From Bdellovibrionales bacterium (GTDB lineage: Bacteria; Bdellovibrionota; UBA1018; CAIMNF01), in contig CANNBJ010000002.1 in NCBI GenBank assembly GCA_947502835.1, positions 397,850 to 461,849 of the forward strand: DNA of 64,000 nt, read 5' to 3'. The position numbers and the translations under genes are program-made. Positions 40,528 through 49,739 of the stretch are shown here, piece by piece (the first letter of the stretch is position 1; the number at the start of each line of letters is the position of its first letter). The notes below the pieces were generated by a model that ran no database searches, was not told the DNA's origin, and saw nothing but the letters and a program-made list of their open reading frames with translations.

Positions 40528-41415
40528 ATGAGTAAACTCAGCCCGGGCGCGACGTTTCTTTCTCAAAAACTGAAATCCACTACCCAAGCGATCCCGGCAT
40601 TCCATGTGGTGCTCGGTTCCGGCTTCAAGGACTCCATTGTGGATGGAGGTCTCCCCGATTCTTTTCGTGTGTGTGGCGAGCTCGATTTCAAAGAGGTTCC
40701 CGGCCTCCACTCTTCCACGGCGCCGGGACATACTGGAAAATATGTATTCGTGGAGCACCAGAAGTCGGGCAGGGCCGGAATTCTTCAGGTGGGTCGGCTC
40801 CATGGATATGAAGGGCTAGACCCGCGTGAGGTGGTTCAGACGGTCATGATCAGCCGGGAGCTCGGAGTGAAGGACTATTTTCTCACCAATGCAGCGGGAG
40901 GAATGGATCCCGCCCACCGGGTCGGAGATGTCATGGTGATTGCGGATCAGATCAACCTTACGGGCCGCAACCCGCTCTATGGGCCAAATCCTTCCAAACC
41001 GGATGGTACGGAGTGGGGCCCGAGGTTTCAGGATTTGACCCTGCTCTTTGACGCACGCATTCGGGAATCCCTTCGTGGGATGCTGGAGGGGCAAGCTCTT
41101 CGGGTGCACGAGGGCGTGTATATGGGGGTTCAGGGACCTGCATTCGAAACCCCGGCGGAAATTCGTTTTTTTCAGCGGGTCGGATGCCACGCGGTGGGAA
41201 TGTCCACGGTCTGGGAGACGGTGGCGCTGAAACATTCGGGAGCAAGGGTTTGCGGGATCTCGCTCATCAGCAACCTGGCCGCAGGAATGGCTCTTGGAGC
41301 TGATGGAAAGCCGGAGGAGCTGGATCATTTTGCCATTCTGGATGCCTGCAAGGCTTCATCCCGTGCGATTCTCCGTGCGATCCTTTTGACCGTGGAGAGT
41401 CTCCCCGCGCATTGA
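40528..41415 (+). CDS. Purine nucleoside phosphorylase (trimeric PunA/XapA type)
   Basis: VLGSG, GRLHGYEG, TNAAGG, GPAFETPAE and VGMSTV motifs. Confidence 0.92.
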   Translation: MSKLSPGATFLSQKLKSTTQAIPAFHVVLGSGFKDSIVDGGLPDSFRVCGELDFKEVPGLHSSTAPGHTGKYVFVEHQKSGRAGILQVGRLHGYEGLDPREVVQTVMISRELGVKDYFLTNAAGGMDPAHRVGDVMVIADQINLTGRNPLYGPNPSKPDGTEWGPRFQDLTLLFDARIRESLRGMLEGQALRVHEGVYMGVQGPAFETPAEIRFFQRVGCHAVGMSTVWETVALKHSGARVCGISLISNLAAGMALGADGKPEELDHFAILDACKASSRAILRAILLTVESLPAH

Positions 41416-41544
41416 TTGCCGAGCAGTGCAACGAGTATTGTTGATGTATCGCGATTGAACGAATGTTCAGGATTTATACGGATCTTTTGAGTTGTCCATG
41501 GTGGATTCACGCCCAAAACCCCCTTCCGGGCGGCCTTGGCCTCA

Positions 41545-41560
41545 TGGCATTCAACTTGCT
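41545..41560 (+). promoter_or_regulatory. Sigma-54 (-24/-12) promoter
   Basis: TGGCATTCAACTTGCT = GG-N10-GC; 23 nt upstream of an ATG preceded by GGAG. Confidence 0.7.
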
Positions 41561-41583
41561 CTACTCCAGATACGGAGATGTTT

Positions 41584-42066
41584 ATGATGAGTTTCATGAA
41601 TAAAAAGGGTTCACTTTTTTCAGCGCTGGTACCTGCTTTCCTTTTGGTCGGGTGTGGAATGATGGGCCTTTCCGGAAGTTACAACGTCACCCAACAGGGC
41701 GGGCAGTTTCAGCAGAATCCGGCGTGTTCCCAGATCATGCTTTCCATCAACCAGAGCGGGAATCAAATTTCAGGTCAGGGACAGAATCAATGTTTCACCC
41801 AGACCCTTCAGGGAACCTCGGCCAATAACGGACAGGCGAATGTCACCCTCACGCTCATGCCCTCCGGCTCCGGCCAAACAAATTGGATGAACTCCCCGGG
41901 CAATACGTACAACCCCTACAACAGTGGCTTCCAGAACATGGGGGGCATGGGGTGCACCTACCAAGGAATGTTGATCATTTCGGGAAACACGATTTCCGGA
42001 AGTTTGAATCCGACCGGAAACTGCATGAATCAGGGGATGATTACCCTGAACGGCACCCGAATTTGA
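41584..42066 (+). CDS. Small Gln/Asn/Gly-rich lipoprotein, unknown function
   Basis: Lipobox LVGC; four further Cys; start at 41584 or 41596. Confidence 0.75.
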   Translation: MMSFMNKKGSLFSALVPAFLLVGCGMMGLSGSYNVTQQGGQFQQNPACSQIMLSINQSGNQISGQGQNQCFTQTLQGTSANNGQANVTLTLMPSGSGQTNWMNSPGNTYNPYNSGFQNMGGMGCTYQGMLIISGNTISGSLNPTGNCMNQGMITLNGTRI

Positions 42067-42081
42067 TGCTATGATCCGGAA

Positions 42082-43365
42082 ATGATCCGGATTCCAACGC
42101 TTCCCTCAGCCGAACAATCTTTTTTCTACCGGAATGGACGTCTCACGGTGGATGGAGTCGCTCTGGATGACCTCGTGGAGAGGTTCGGATCGCCTCTGTA
42201 CGTCTACTCGGGAGCCAGCATTCGAACGGCCTATGCGGCCATTACCCAATCCTTGCGAGGGCTCCCTCTTCAAGTTTGTTATGCGGTGAAGGCGAATTCA
42301 AATCTCCATATTTTGAAATTGCTGTCGAGCCTTGGTGCCGGCTGTGATCTTGTCTCCTATGGAGAGTGGCGTCGAGCCGAATTGGCCAAAGTTCCGCAAG
42401 GGCGGAGGGTTTTGTCCGGGGTGGCCAAAACCGCAAAAGAACTCGAGGCTCTTTTCAAGCACAAATTCGCCGGGGTTTATTCGATCCACGTGGAATCCGC
42501 GATGGAATTCGAACTGATCATCCTGATGGCCAATGCCTTGAAGCGGGAGGTGAGGGTCGCGTTCCGATACAATCCGGACGTGGATGCGAGAACCCTGGAT
42601 AAAATCTCAACCGGACGCAAGAAAGACAAGTTCGGACTCACGCGCGAGGAGATCCTCGATCTCGCAATCACCTATGGAGATGATGACTTTGTCAGGATCG
42701 AGGGACTCAGCATCCACATTGGCAGTCAGATCACAAACCTGAAACCCTATGATCATGCCTTTGAAAGACTTGCCGATTTGAAAACAGAGCTCGAATCCCA
42801 TCTGGGCAGGGCGCTGTCCTATGTCGATCTGGGAGGCGGGATCGGGGTCCGGTATCGGGATGAACATCCCATTTCTTTGGCGCGGTACGCGAGCCTCGTG
42901 AAGAAGCATTTCAGGAAAGTACCGAGAATCCTGATCGAGCCCGGGCGAAGTCTGCTTGCGAGTGCGGGAGCCTTGGTCAGCGAAGTTGTGTATTCCAAAG
43001 AGCGTGGAGCCAATCGTACCGTAATTCTCGATGCCGGGATGAATGATCTCGTGAGGCCCGCACTGTATGATGCGTACCATGAAATCGCCCCGCTGAAGCA
43101 GGATGGTTCAAAACCTGTGAAATGGGATGTGGTCGGTGGAATCTGCGAGAGCACGGACTATTTTGCAAAAAGCCGCATGCTCGCACTTGAGGGACTTCCC
43201 GGTGAGCGTGTTGCCATCCTCTCGAGCGGCGCTTATGGGTTCTCCATGAGCAGCACCTACAACTCCCGTCCGAGAGTGGCTGAGGTATTGGTGGATCGGG
43301 GGAAAGTAAAACTGATCCGAAAGAGAGAGACATTCCAGGACCTCGTAAAACACGAAAATTTTTGA
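42082..43365 (+). CDS. lysA: Diaminopimelate decarboxylase
   Basis: YAVKAN, HIGSQ, DLGGG, EPGR, RPALY and CESTD motifs. Confidence 0.96.
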   Translation: MIRIPTLPSAEQSFFYRNGRLTVDGVALDDLVERFGSPLYVYSGASIRTAYAAITQSLRGLPLQVCYAVKANSNLHILKLLSSLGAGCDLVSYGEWRRAELAKVPQGRRVLSGVAKTAKELEALFKHKFAGVYSIHVESAMEFELIILMANALKREVRVAFRYNPDVDARTLDKISTGRKKDKFGLTREEILDLAITYGDDDFVRIEGLSIHIGSQITNLKPYDHAFERLADLKTELESHLGRALSYVDLGGGIGVRYRDEHPISLARYASLVKKHFRKVPRILIEPGRSLLASAGALVSEVVYSKERGANRTVILDAGMNDLVRPALYDAYHEIAPLKQDGSKPVKWDVVGGICESTDYFAKSRMLALEGLPGERVAILSSGAYGFSMSSTYNSRPRVAEVLVDRGKVKLIRKRETFQDLVKHENF

Positions 43366-43373
43366 GTTGAGTG

Positions 43374-43393
43374 GGTGCGCGCGGAGGGACTTG
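43374..43393 (-). repeat. 20-bp direct repeat of the tRNA-Leu 3' end (att-like)
   Basis: GGTGCGCGCGGAGGGACTTG is identical at 43374-43393 and 43533-43552. Confidence 0.85.
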
Positions 43394-43531
43394 CCCAAGC
43401 TCCAAGAACTCCATCCTTTTCAAGTTCCCTTTTTAGGAAATTGAGCAAGGTGAGCGAGCGAGATGTATGTGAGAATACTTCGAGCGAGCGAATCCGAAGC
43501 GAGATGATGTAAAAAGGGAATTTCAAAAGAA

Positions 43532-43616
43532 TGGTGCGCGCGGAGGGACTTGAACCCCCACACCTTACGGCACCAGATCCTAAGTCTGGCGTGTCTGCCA
43601 ATTTCACCACGCGCGC
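43532..43616 (-). tRNA. tRNA-Leu(TAG)
   Basis: Reverse complement GCGCGCG...CCAGA-CTTAGGA-TCTGG, long variable arm, GTTCAAGTC, CCA end; 85 nt. Confidence 0.97.
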
Positions 43617-43685
43617 ACGAAGAGATGTCCCACACTTTAATCTGTCACATCTTCAAAATCCAGTGTAAAAATGAACCCTTGAATC

Positions 43686-44621
43686 ATGAAAACCCTCTTC
43701 GGTTCGGCACAATCGAACAGTGAATTCACGGCTGGATCCGTCGTTGCCATCGGCAATTTTGACGGGATCCACCTGGGGCACCAGTCCATCCTTGAGACAG
43801 CCAGGGAGCATGCTCGTGAGCTCCATTTGCCCCTGGTGGTGTATACCTTCAATCCACATCCGACCCTCGAGCTGAAACCGCAATCCAATCTCAAGCTTCT
43901 GATGACCTACGAGGAAAAACGCGAGCTTCTCCCTGGATTTGGGGTGGATTATTGCGTTGAAGAACGATTTGATTCGGCATTTGCGGCACTCGGAGCGCGC
44001 GAATTTTTTGAGCAGGTGCTTCTTGCCTCGCTTCACGCAAAAGTGATTGTGGTGGGTGACAACTTCACCTTCGGTCGGAAACGCGAAGGTTCCATTCCTG
44101 TGCTCCGTGAGTTTTGCCATGATGCCTCGGTCACTCTTTGCGCCATCCCGCCGCTCGAGTGGGACGGCGGCGTAATCTCAAGCTCCAGGATTCGGGAATG
44201 CCTGGCCCAAGGCCGGGTTTCAGAAGCTGAAAAAATGCTCGGTAGGCCGTTTTTTTATCGATCCGAGGTGATTCACGGCGATAAGCGCGGAAGGACTTTG
44301 GGGTTTCCGACGGCAAATATGAAGTGTCAGGAAAAGTTCCCTCTCAGGACAGGGGTCTATGCCACGTCAGTGCTTTGGCATGGTTCCCTTTACCCGAGTG
44401 TGACGAATGTCGGTGTGCGTCCCACCTTCGATTCCATGGATCTGAGAGTGGAAACCCATATCCTCGACCAGAGCTTCGAATTGTACGGAGAGCACCTCGA
44501 GGTGAGGTTTCATGAACACATTCGCGAGGAGCGGAAGTTCGCCTCGATTGCAGACCTCACGGCTCAAATTGCGAGCGATACCATTTTGGCGCGGAAGCTC
44601 TTAAGTTCTCGGAATTTTTAA
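43686..44621 (+). CDS. ribF: Bifunctional riboflavin kinase/FAD synthetase
   Basis: GNFDGIHLGH, ISSSRIR, GRTLGFPTAN and GVRPT motifs. Confidence 0.96.
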   Translation: MKTLFGSAQSNSEFTAGSVVAIGNFDGIHLGHQSILETAREHARELHLPLVVYTFNPHPTLELKPQSNLKLLMTYEEKRELLPGFGVDYCVEERFDSAFAALGAREFFEQVLLASLHAKVIVVGDNFTFGRKREGSIPVLREFCHDASVTLCAIPPLEWDGGVISSSRIRECLAQGRVSEAEKMLGRPFFYRSEVIHGDKRGRTLGFPTANMKCQEKFPLRTGVYATSVLWHGSLYPSVTNVGVRPTFDSMDLRVETHILDQSFELYGEHLEVRFHEHIREERKFASIADLTAQIASDTILARKLLSSRNF

Positions 44622-44663
44622 ATATATTTGCTCTTCCCCGGGACTTCCTCCAAAATTGGAGAT

Positions 44664-46373
44664 ATGTCTCGAAAACTCGTCGAGCTTTTATACAAAGAGC
44701 GACTCATCACCCAGTCCCAGTACTCTGAAGCCGAAGTGATCTTCAGGTCAAACGGGGATGCCATCCGGCAGTTCATTGAACGAAAGCAACTCTCGGAGAG
44801 CAAGCTGCTTCAGTTCCTCGCGCAAAAATTCTCGATGACAGCACTTCCGAATCTGACCAAGTTCGAGATCAAGCCGGACATCATTGCCATGGTCAATCCC
44901 GATCTCGCGCGAAAATCTCAATGCATCCCCATCCGGTACGACCGCGGGATCCTTGTGGTTGCGATCCCCGATCCGACCCAGATCAACCTTCTCGATGATC
45001 TGCGCTTTGCCACCAAACTGAACGTGGAGGCGGTGCTTACGGGCTTCGCCTCGTTTGATCTTTGTTTCATGAAGCATTATGCCGGAACCCAGACCATGGG
45101 CCGGGCGCTTGAGCAATTCAAGAAGGATGCGCAGATCGCAGGAAACAAGGAAGAATCCATTCAATTCATCGACCAGCACCAGGTGCACGAAGTCGGGTCG
45201 GATTCCGCCGAGGATGCTCCGATCATTTCCGTTGTGAACGGAATCCTCACCGAAGCTGTCCGCCTCGGCGCGAGTGACATTCACGTCGAACCCTACGAGA
45301 AAGACTTCCGGGTGCGCTTCCGGATGGATGGAACCCTGGTCGACATCACCCACATTCCGATGGAAATGAGGCGCGCAGTTGTTGCACGTCTCAAGATCAT
45401 GTCCAGGATGGACATCGGGGAATCCCGAGTGCCTCAGGATGGCAGGATCAAGATCAAGATTGGAATCAAGGAGGTCGACTTCCGGGTGAATTCTCTTCCG
45501 ACTCTCTTTGGCGAGAAGGTGGTTCTCCGGATTCTCTCGAAAGGAAACCTGAAGCTTGATTTGCGCACACTCGGGTTTGAGGAAGCACAGCTTGAGATTT
45601 TTCGGCGCGGAATCGCGCAGCCAAACGGAATGGTCCTGGTGACCGGACCGACCGGAAGTGGAAAAACCACCACTCTTTATTCCGCACTCATGGAGTTGAA
45701 CAAGGTCAGTGACAACCTCTCGACCGTGGAAGATCCGGTGGAATACAACCTGGAGGGAATCAATCAAGTCCAGGTGAACAAGGACATTGGTCTCAGTTTT
45801 GCAGCAGTACTGAGAGCCCTCCTTCGTCAGGACCCGGATACGGTGCTGGTCGGAGAGATTCGGGACTTTGAGACGGGCGAGGTTGCCGTACAGGCGGCAC
45901 TGACAGGGCACCTGGTTCTGTCGACTCTTCATACAAACGACACAGTTTCCACCATCACCCGGATGGTGAACATGGGGATTGAGCCGTTTCTCGTGACGGC
46001 ATCTGTGAACACCATCGTTGCACAGCGCCTCCTTCGAACCCTTTGCAAGGCGTGTCGGCAGCAAGTGAAGGTTCCAGCCGAGAAGATCGATGGTCTCGGC
46101 ATTTCGAAAATCGCGAGCTCCGGCAGTTTCTTCCAGTCGAAGGGATGCAAGGAATGCAACATGACCGGCTACAAGGGCCGTGTTGCCATTTACGAGGTTC
46201 TCGAGTTCCATTCGGATCTGAAGGAGATGGTATTGGCGGGGAATACGGCCATTGAAATCAAGAGGGCTGCGATCCAGAACTTCGGATTGCAGACGCTCAG
46301 GGTTTCAGCACTGAAGAAAGCAATGTCGGGACTCACTTCCATTGAAGAAGCCGTGTCGATGACGAGTGAATAG
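44664..46373 (+). CDS. pilB: Type IV pilus extension ATPase PilB
   Basis: ASDIHVEP, GPTGSGKTTT, LRQDPD and tetracysteine CKAC/CKEC motif. Confidence 0.95.
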   Translation: MSRKLVELLYKERLITQSQYSEAEVIFRSNGDAIRQFIERKQLSESKLLQFLAQKFSMTALPNLTKFEIKPDIIAMVNPDLARKSQCIPIRYDRGILVVAIPDPTQINLLDDLRFATKLNVEAVLTGFASFDLCFMKHYAGTQTMGRALEQFKKDAQIAGNKEESIQFIDQHQVHEVGSDSAEDAPIISVVNGILTEAVRLGASDIHVEPYEKDFRVRFRMDGTLVDITHIPMEMRRAVVARLKIMSRMDIGESRVPQDGRIKIKIGIKEVDFRVNSLPTLFGEKVVLRILSKGNLKLDLRTLGFEEAQLEIFRRGIAQPNGMVLVTGPTGSGKTTTLYSALMELNKVSDNLSTVEDPVEYNLEGINQVQVNKDIGLSFAAVLRALLRQDPDTVLVGEIRDFETGEVAVQAALTGHLVLSTLHTNDTVSTITRMVNMGIEPFLVTASVNTIVAQRLLRTLCKACRQQVKVPAEKIDGLGISKIASSGSFFQSKGCKECNMTGYKGRVAIYEVLEFHSDLKEMVLAGNTAIEIKRAAIQNFGLQTLRVSALKKAMSGLTSIEEAVSMTSE

Positions 46374-46396
46374 GGTTTTGCAGGGAGGCAGGAAAA

Positions 46397-47458
46397 ATGG
46401 GAAAACTAACGCTGATTGCATTGCTGAGGGCCATGGTTGAGCAGGATGCATCCGATCTTCACATCACCAATCAAAGTCCTCCCCAGTTCAGGATTCATGG
46501 AAAATTGGCAAAGGCGAAGACGGATCCCCTCACTCCCGAGTCCATCAAGGATCTGGTCTATGAGATTCTGACCGAGTCCCAGAAAAAAACCTTCGAGGCG
46601 AATCACGAACTGGACTTCTCGTTTGGCGTCAAGGATGTCGCTCGATTCAGGGGGAATCTCTTCTTTCAGCGAGGGAGCATGGGCGCGGTCTTCCGGAAGA
46701 TTCCGGTCACGATCCCGGACTTTGATTCGCTTCGTTTGCCTGAAACGATCAAGAAAATCGTACGGCAGCCAAATGGCTTGTTTCTCGTGACCGGACCTAC
46801 GGGATCGGGTAAGTCTACCTCGCTCGCGGCCATCATCGACTTCATCAACCGAGAGGACAATGGGCACATTCTGACAGTTGAGGATCCGATCGAGTTTACC
46901 CATCCGCATCGAAACTGCATCGTGAATCAGCGGGAAGTCGGAACGGATTCACACACATTCCATGATGCCTTAAAGCACGCGCTTCGCCAGGACCCGGACT
47001 TCATTCTGGTCGGGGAATTGCGGGATCTTGAAACGATCGAGATGGCGCTCACCGCCGCCGAAACCGGCCATATGGTTTTTGCGACCATGCACACCAATAG
47101 CGCGGTTCAGACGATTGCGAGGGTTGTGAACGTGTTTCCACCGCACCAACAGGCCCAGATCCGACAGCTTCTCGCTGCGACCCTGGCAGGAGTGATGACC
47201 CAGCAGCTGGTTCCGAATTCGGGAAGGCCCGGTCGTTCGGCAGCCTATGAGCTCATGGTGCCGACTCTTGCGATTCGAAATCTCATCCGCGAGGACAAGA
47301 TGCATCAGGTGTACGGGGTGATGCAATCAGGACAAGCCGGCACAGGAATGCAAACGATGAATCAGGCCCTTGCGGATCTGGTTCGAAAAGGAAACCTTAC
47401 CAAAGCCGATGCGATGGGATACAGCCTTCTCCCAGAAGAGCTCATGAAGATGGTATGA
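46397..47458 (+). CDS. pilT: Type IV pilus retraction ATPase PilT
   Basis: ASDLH, GPTGSGKST, AAETGH and AIRNLIRE motifs. Confidence 0.96.
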   Translation: MGKLTLIALLRAMVEQDASDLHITNQSPPQFRIHGKLAKAKTDPLTPESIKDLVYEILTESQKKTFEANHELDFSFGVKDVARFRGNLFFQRGSMGAVFRKIPVTIPDFDSLRLPETIKKIVRQPNGLFLVTGPTGSGKSTSLAAIIDFINREDNGHILTVEDPIEFTHPHRNCIVNQREVGTDSHTFHDALKHALRQDPDFILVGELRDLETIEMALTAAETGHMVFATMHTNSAVQTIARVVNVFPPHQQAQIRQLLAATLAGVMTQQLVPNSGRPGRSAAYELMVPTLAIRNLIREDKMHQVYGVMQSGQAGTGMQTMNQALADLVRKGNLTKADAMGYSLLPEELMKMV

Positions 47459-47469
47459 GGAACGAGTGA

Positions 47470-48702
47470 ATGGCTGAGTACCAGTATGTAGCCCAGGACG
47501 GGGCCGGAAAAAAAGTGGAGGGACGCCTGGAGGCGAACAACGAAGGTGAGCTTCGGATGCTCCTCCGGAGCAAGGGCCTTCGTCCTACACGAATCTCAAA
47601 GGTGGCTCTCGGGCAGATGGATGTCGGTGCCACACTGAAGAGAATGATGGGAGGCGCTGCATCCCTCCCTCCTGATCGTCTGATGAACTTTGTAAAGCAA
47701 TTGCAGACCATGATTTCTTCCGGTGTTCCGCTGGTCCAGGCAATCGAGCTCTTTCTGGACCAGGAATCCCATCCGTACATGAAGATGATTCTCACAACCT
47801 TCCGGGACCGGCTGAATGGAGGAAGTTTTCTTTGGGAATGCATGTCCGCCTATCCGGATGTCTTTGAGCGTGTGTTCGTGGCGCTCGTTCGCGCGGGGGA
47901 GTCATCCGGAACCCTCGATGTGATGTTGAAGCGATCCGGAAAGTACCTGGAGAACTCCTATCGATTGAGGCGTCTGATCAAAAGCTCAATGAACTACCCG
48001 ATTATCGTAACTGCGATTGCGGTCGGGGTGATCACGCTGATGTTGACTCTGGTGATCCCTAAGTTTGAAGAGATGATTGTTTCGGGTGGGGGTGAGCTTC
48101 CCTTGCCGACCAAATTTGTGATTGACCTCTCCCATGGGTTGATCAATCACTTTTTCACAATTGTGCTTGCGCTCGGTGCTGGAGTGTATTTGATTCGCCA
48201 GTATGTCAAAACCGACGAGGGAAAAGCGGTACTTCAAAACATTGCAATGAAGCTGCCGGTCATGGGGCCCTTGATCATTCAAAGCGGGGTTGCGCGTTTC
48301 GCACGAACCATGGGCACACTTCTTTCCTCCGGGGTTCCGATTGTCGATGCTCTTGAGATTTGCAAGGACGCGGCATCTCACATCGCCTACGAGGATGCGA
48401 TTGGGTTGATGAAGCGCGAGGTGGAGCTCGGTGCGTCTTTCAGCAACGCAATGCTCAGGCAACAGGCTTTGTTTCCGAAAATGGCGGTCCAGATGACGGT
48501 TGTGGGTGAAAACACCGGAAATATGGACAAGATGCTCGAGAAGGTGGCTGACTTTTATGAAGAGGAGGTTGAAACCTCCATTCAGGGAATGTTGAAACTG
48601 ATTGAGCCGTTCATGTTGGTTTTCATGGGTGGAATTGTCGGTGGACTCCTGATAGCAATGTATTTGCCTATTTTCCAGATGGCGGGGAATACCGGGAACT
48701 GA
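47470..48702 (+). CDS. pilC: Type IV pilus platform protein PilC
   Basis: Two T2SSF repeats (AGESSG, VGENTG) and terminal AMYLPIF. Confidence 0.95.
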   Translation: MAEYQYVAQDGAGKKVEGRLEANNEGELRMLLRSKGLRPTRISKVALGQMDVGATLKRMMGGAASLPPDRLMNFVKQLQTMISSGVPLVQAIELFLDQESHPYMKMILTTFRDRLNGGSFLWECMSAYPDVFERVFVALVRAGESSGTLDVMLKRSGKYLENSYRLRRLIKSSMNYPIIVTAIAVGVITLMLTLVIPKFEEMIVSGGGELPLPTKFVIDLSHGLINHFFTIVLALGAGVYLIRQYVKTDEGKAVLQNIAMKLPVMGPLIIQSGVARFARTMGTLLSSGVPIVDALEICKDAASHIAYEDAIGLMKREVELGASFSNAMLRQQALFPKMAVQMTVVGENTGNMDKMLEKVADFYEEEVETSIQGMLKLIEPFMLVFMGGIVGGLLIAMYLPIFQMAGNTGN

Positions 48703-48743
48703 TCTGAATCTGATTCAAGCTCTAATGTGCAAGGAGATCGAAG

Positions 48744-49688
48744 ATGGCGGCGATTGATCAAATCAAGAGACCAATACTCGGCAGATCAGTGAAGATCGAG
48801 GCGTTAAAGCAAATGATCACCCGAGTAGCGCCTGCGAAAACAAACGTTCTGATCATCGGAGAAAGCGGAACCGGGAAGGAGCTTGTTGCCCGGGCACTTC
48901 ATGAATTGAGCCCGGTGAAGGATGGCCCCTTTGTTGCGGTCAATTGCGGCGCGATCCCCGAGAGCTTGATCGAAAGCGAGCTTTTTGGGCATAAGAAGGG
49001 GAGTTTCACGGGGGCGATCGCGGATAAGCCAGGGCTCTTTGAGGCGGCCGATCGAGGCACGCTCTTCTTGGATGAGGTGGGTGAGCTCCCGACCTCCATG
49101 CAGGTCAAACTTTTGAGGGCTCTTCAGGATCGTGCGATCCGCAGAGTTGGCGGAAATGATACGATCAAGATTGATGTGCGCATCGTCGCTGCCACCAACA
49201 AGAATCTCGAAGAAGGTGTAAAGAAGGGTTCATTTCGGGAGGACCTGTACTACAGATTGAATGTGATCATGCTTGAGACTCCGCCGCTTCGGGAGCGGGT
49301 GGGGGATGTTGAGGAGTTGATCAAGGTTTTCTTTGAGCGCTTCAATGAAAAGCAAAAACGAGGTCTTTCGGGTCTTTCCCAAGACGCACTCTCGGTGCTT
49401 CTTTCCCATCAGTGGCCGGGAAATATCCGCGAGCTTGAGAATGTGATGGAGCGTGTGGTGACTCTTGAGTCGGGATCTGAAATCCAAGTTTCAACGCTTC
49501 CCCCCGAGCTGGTCCTTTCGGTGAGACGTGCCCAAGGGCTGCCGCGTGAACTCACGCTTCGGGCGAACTTTGCGCTCGGGCCCATCGACTTGGATGCGGT
49601 TCTTGGAGAAGTGCGAGCCTTTTACGAGCGTGAGGCACTCATTTTTGCGAAAAATGATTTGGCAGCCGCAAAAATCCTCTTCAAATAA
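48744..49688 (+). CDS. Sigma-54 activator, PilR-like; no receiver domain and a truncated HTH
   Basis: GESGTGKE, ESELFGHKKGSFTGA, FLDEVGE, FREDLYYRL and WPGNIREL; AAA+ core begins about 10 aa from the start. Confidence 0.85.
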   Translation: MAAIDQIKRPILGRSVKIEALKQMITRVAPAKTNVLIIGESGTGKELVARALHELSPVKDGPFVAVNCGAIPESLIESELFGHKKGSFTGAIADKPGLFEAADRGTLFLDEVGELPTSMQVKLLRALQDRAIRRVGGNDTIKIDVRIVAATNKNLEEGVKKGSFREDLYYRLNVIMLETPPLRERVGDVEELIKVFFERFNEKQKRGLSGLSQDALSVLLSHQWPGNIRELENVMERVVTLESGSEIQVSTLPPELVLSVRRAQGLPRELTLRANFALGPIDLDAVLGEVRAFYEREALIFAKNDLAAAKILFK

Positions 49689-49722
49689 AAAAACCCCCCG
49701 CCAAGTTCTTTGGCGAGGGGTT
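49688..49722 (-). terminator. Rho-independent terminator of pilA (possibly bidirectional)
   Basis: Minus strand AACCCCTCGCCAA-AGAAC-TTGGCGGGGGG followed by T7. Confidence 0.8.
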
Positions 49723-49739
49723 GAACTATAACCAACGGA

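Noticed and set aside
43374..43552. Direct repeat as a CRISPR remnant
   Set aside because: Only two copies, the repeat is tRNA-derived, the spacer is too long, and there are no cas genes.
43257..43635. Short minus-strand ORFs (MVKLADTPDLG...)
   Set aside because: Spurious translations of tRNA-Leu.
44748..46211. 487-aa antisense ORF over pilB
   Set aside because: Antisense shadow ORF expected from codon bias.
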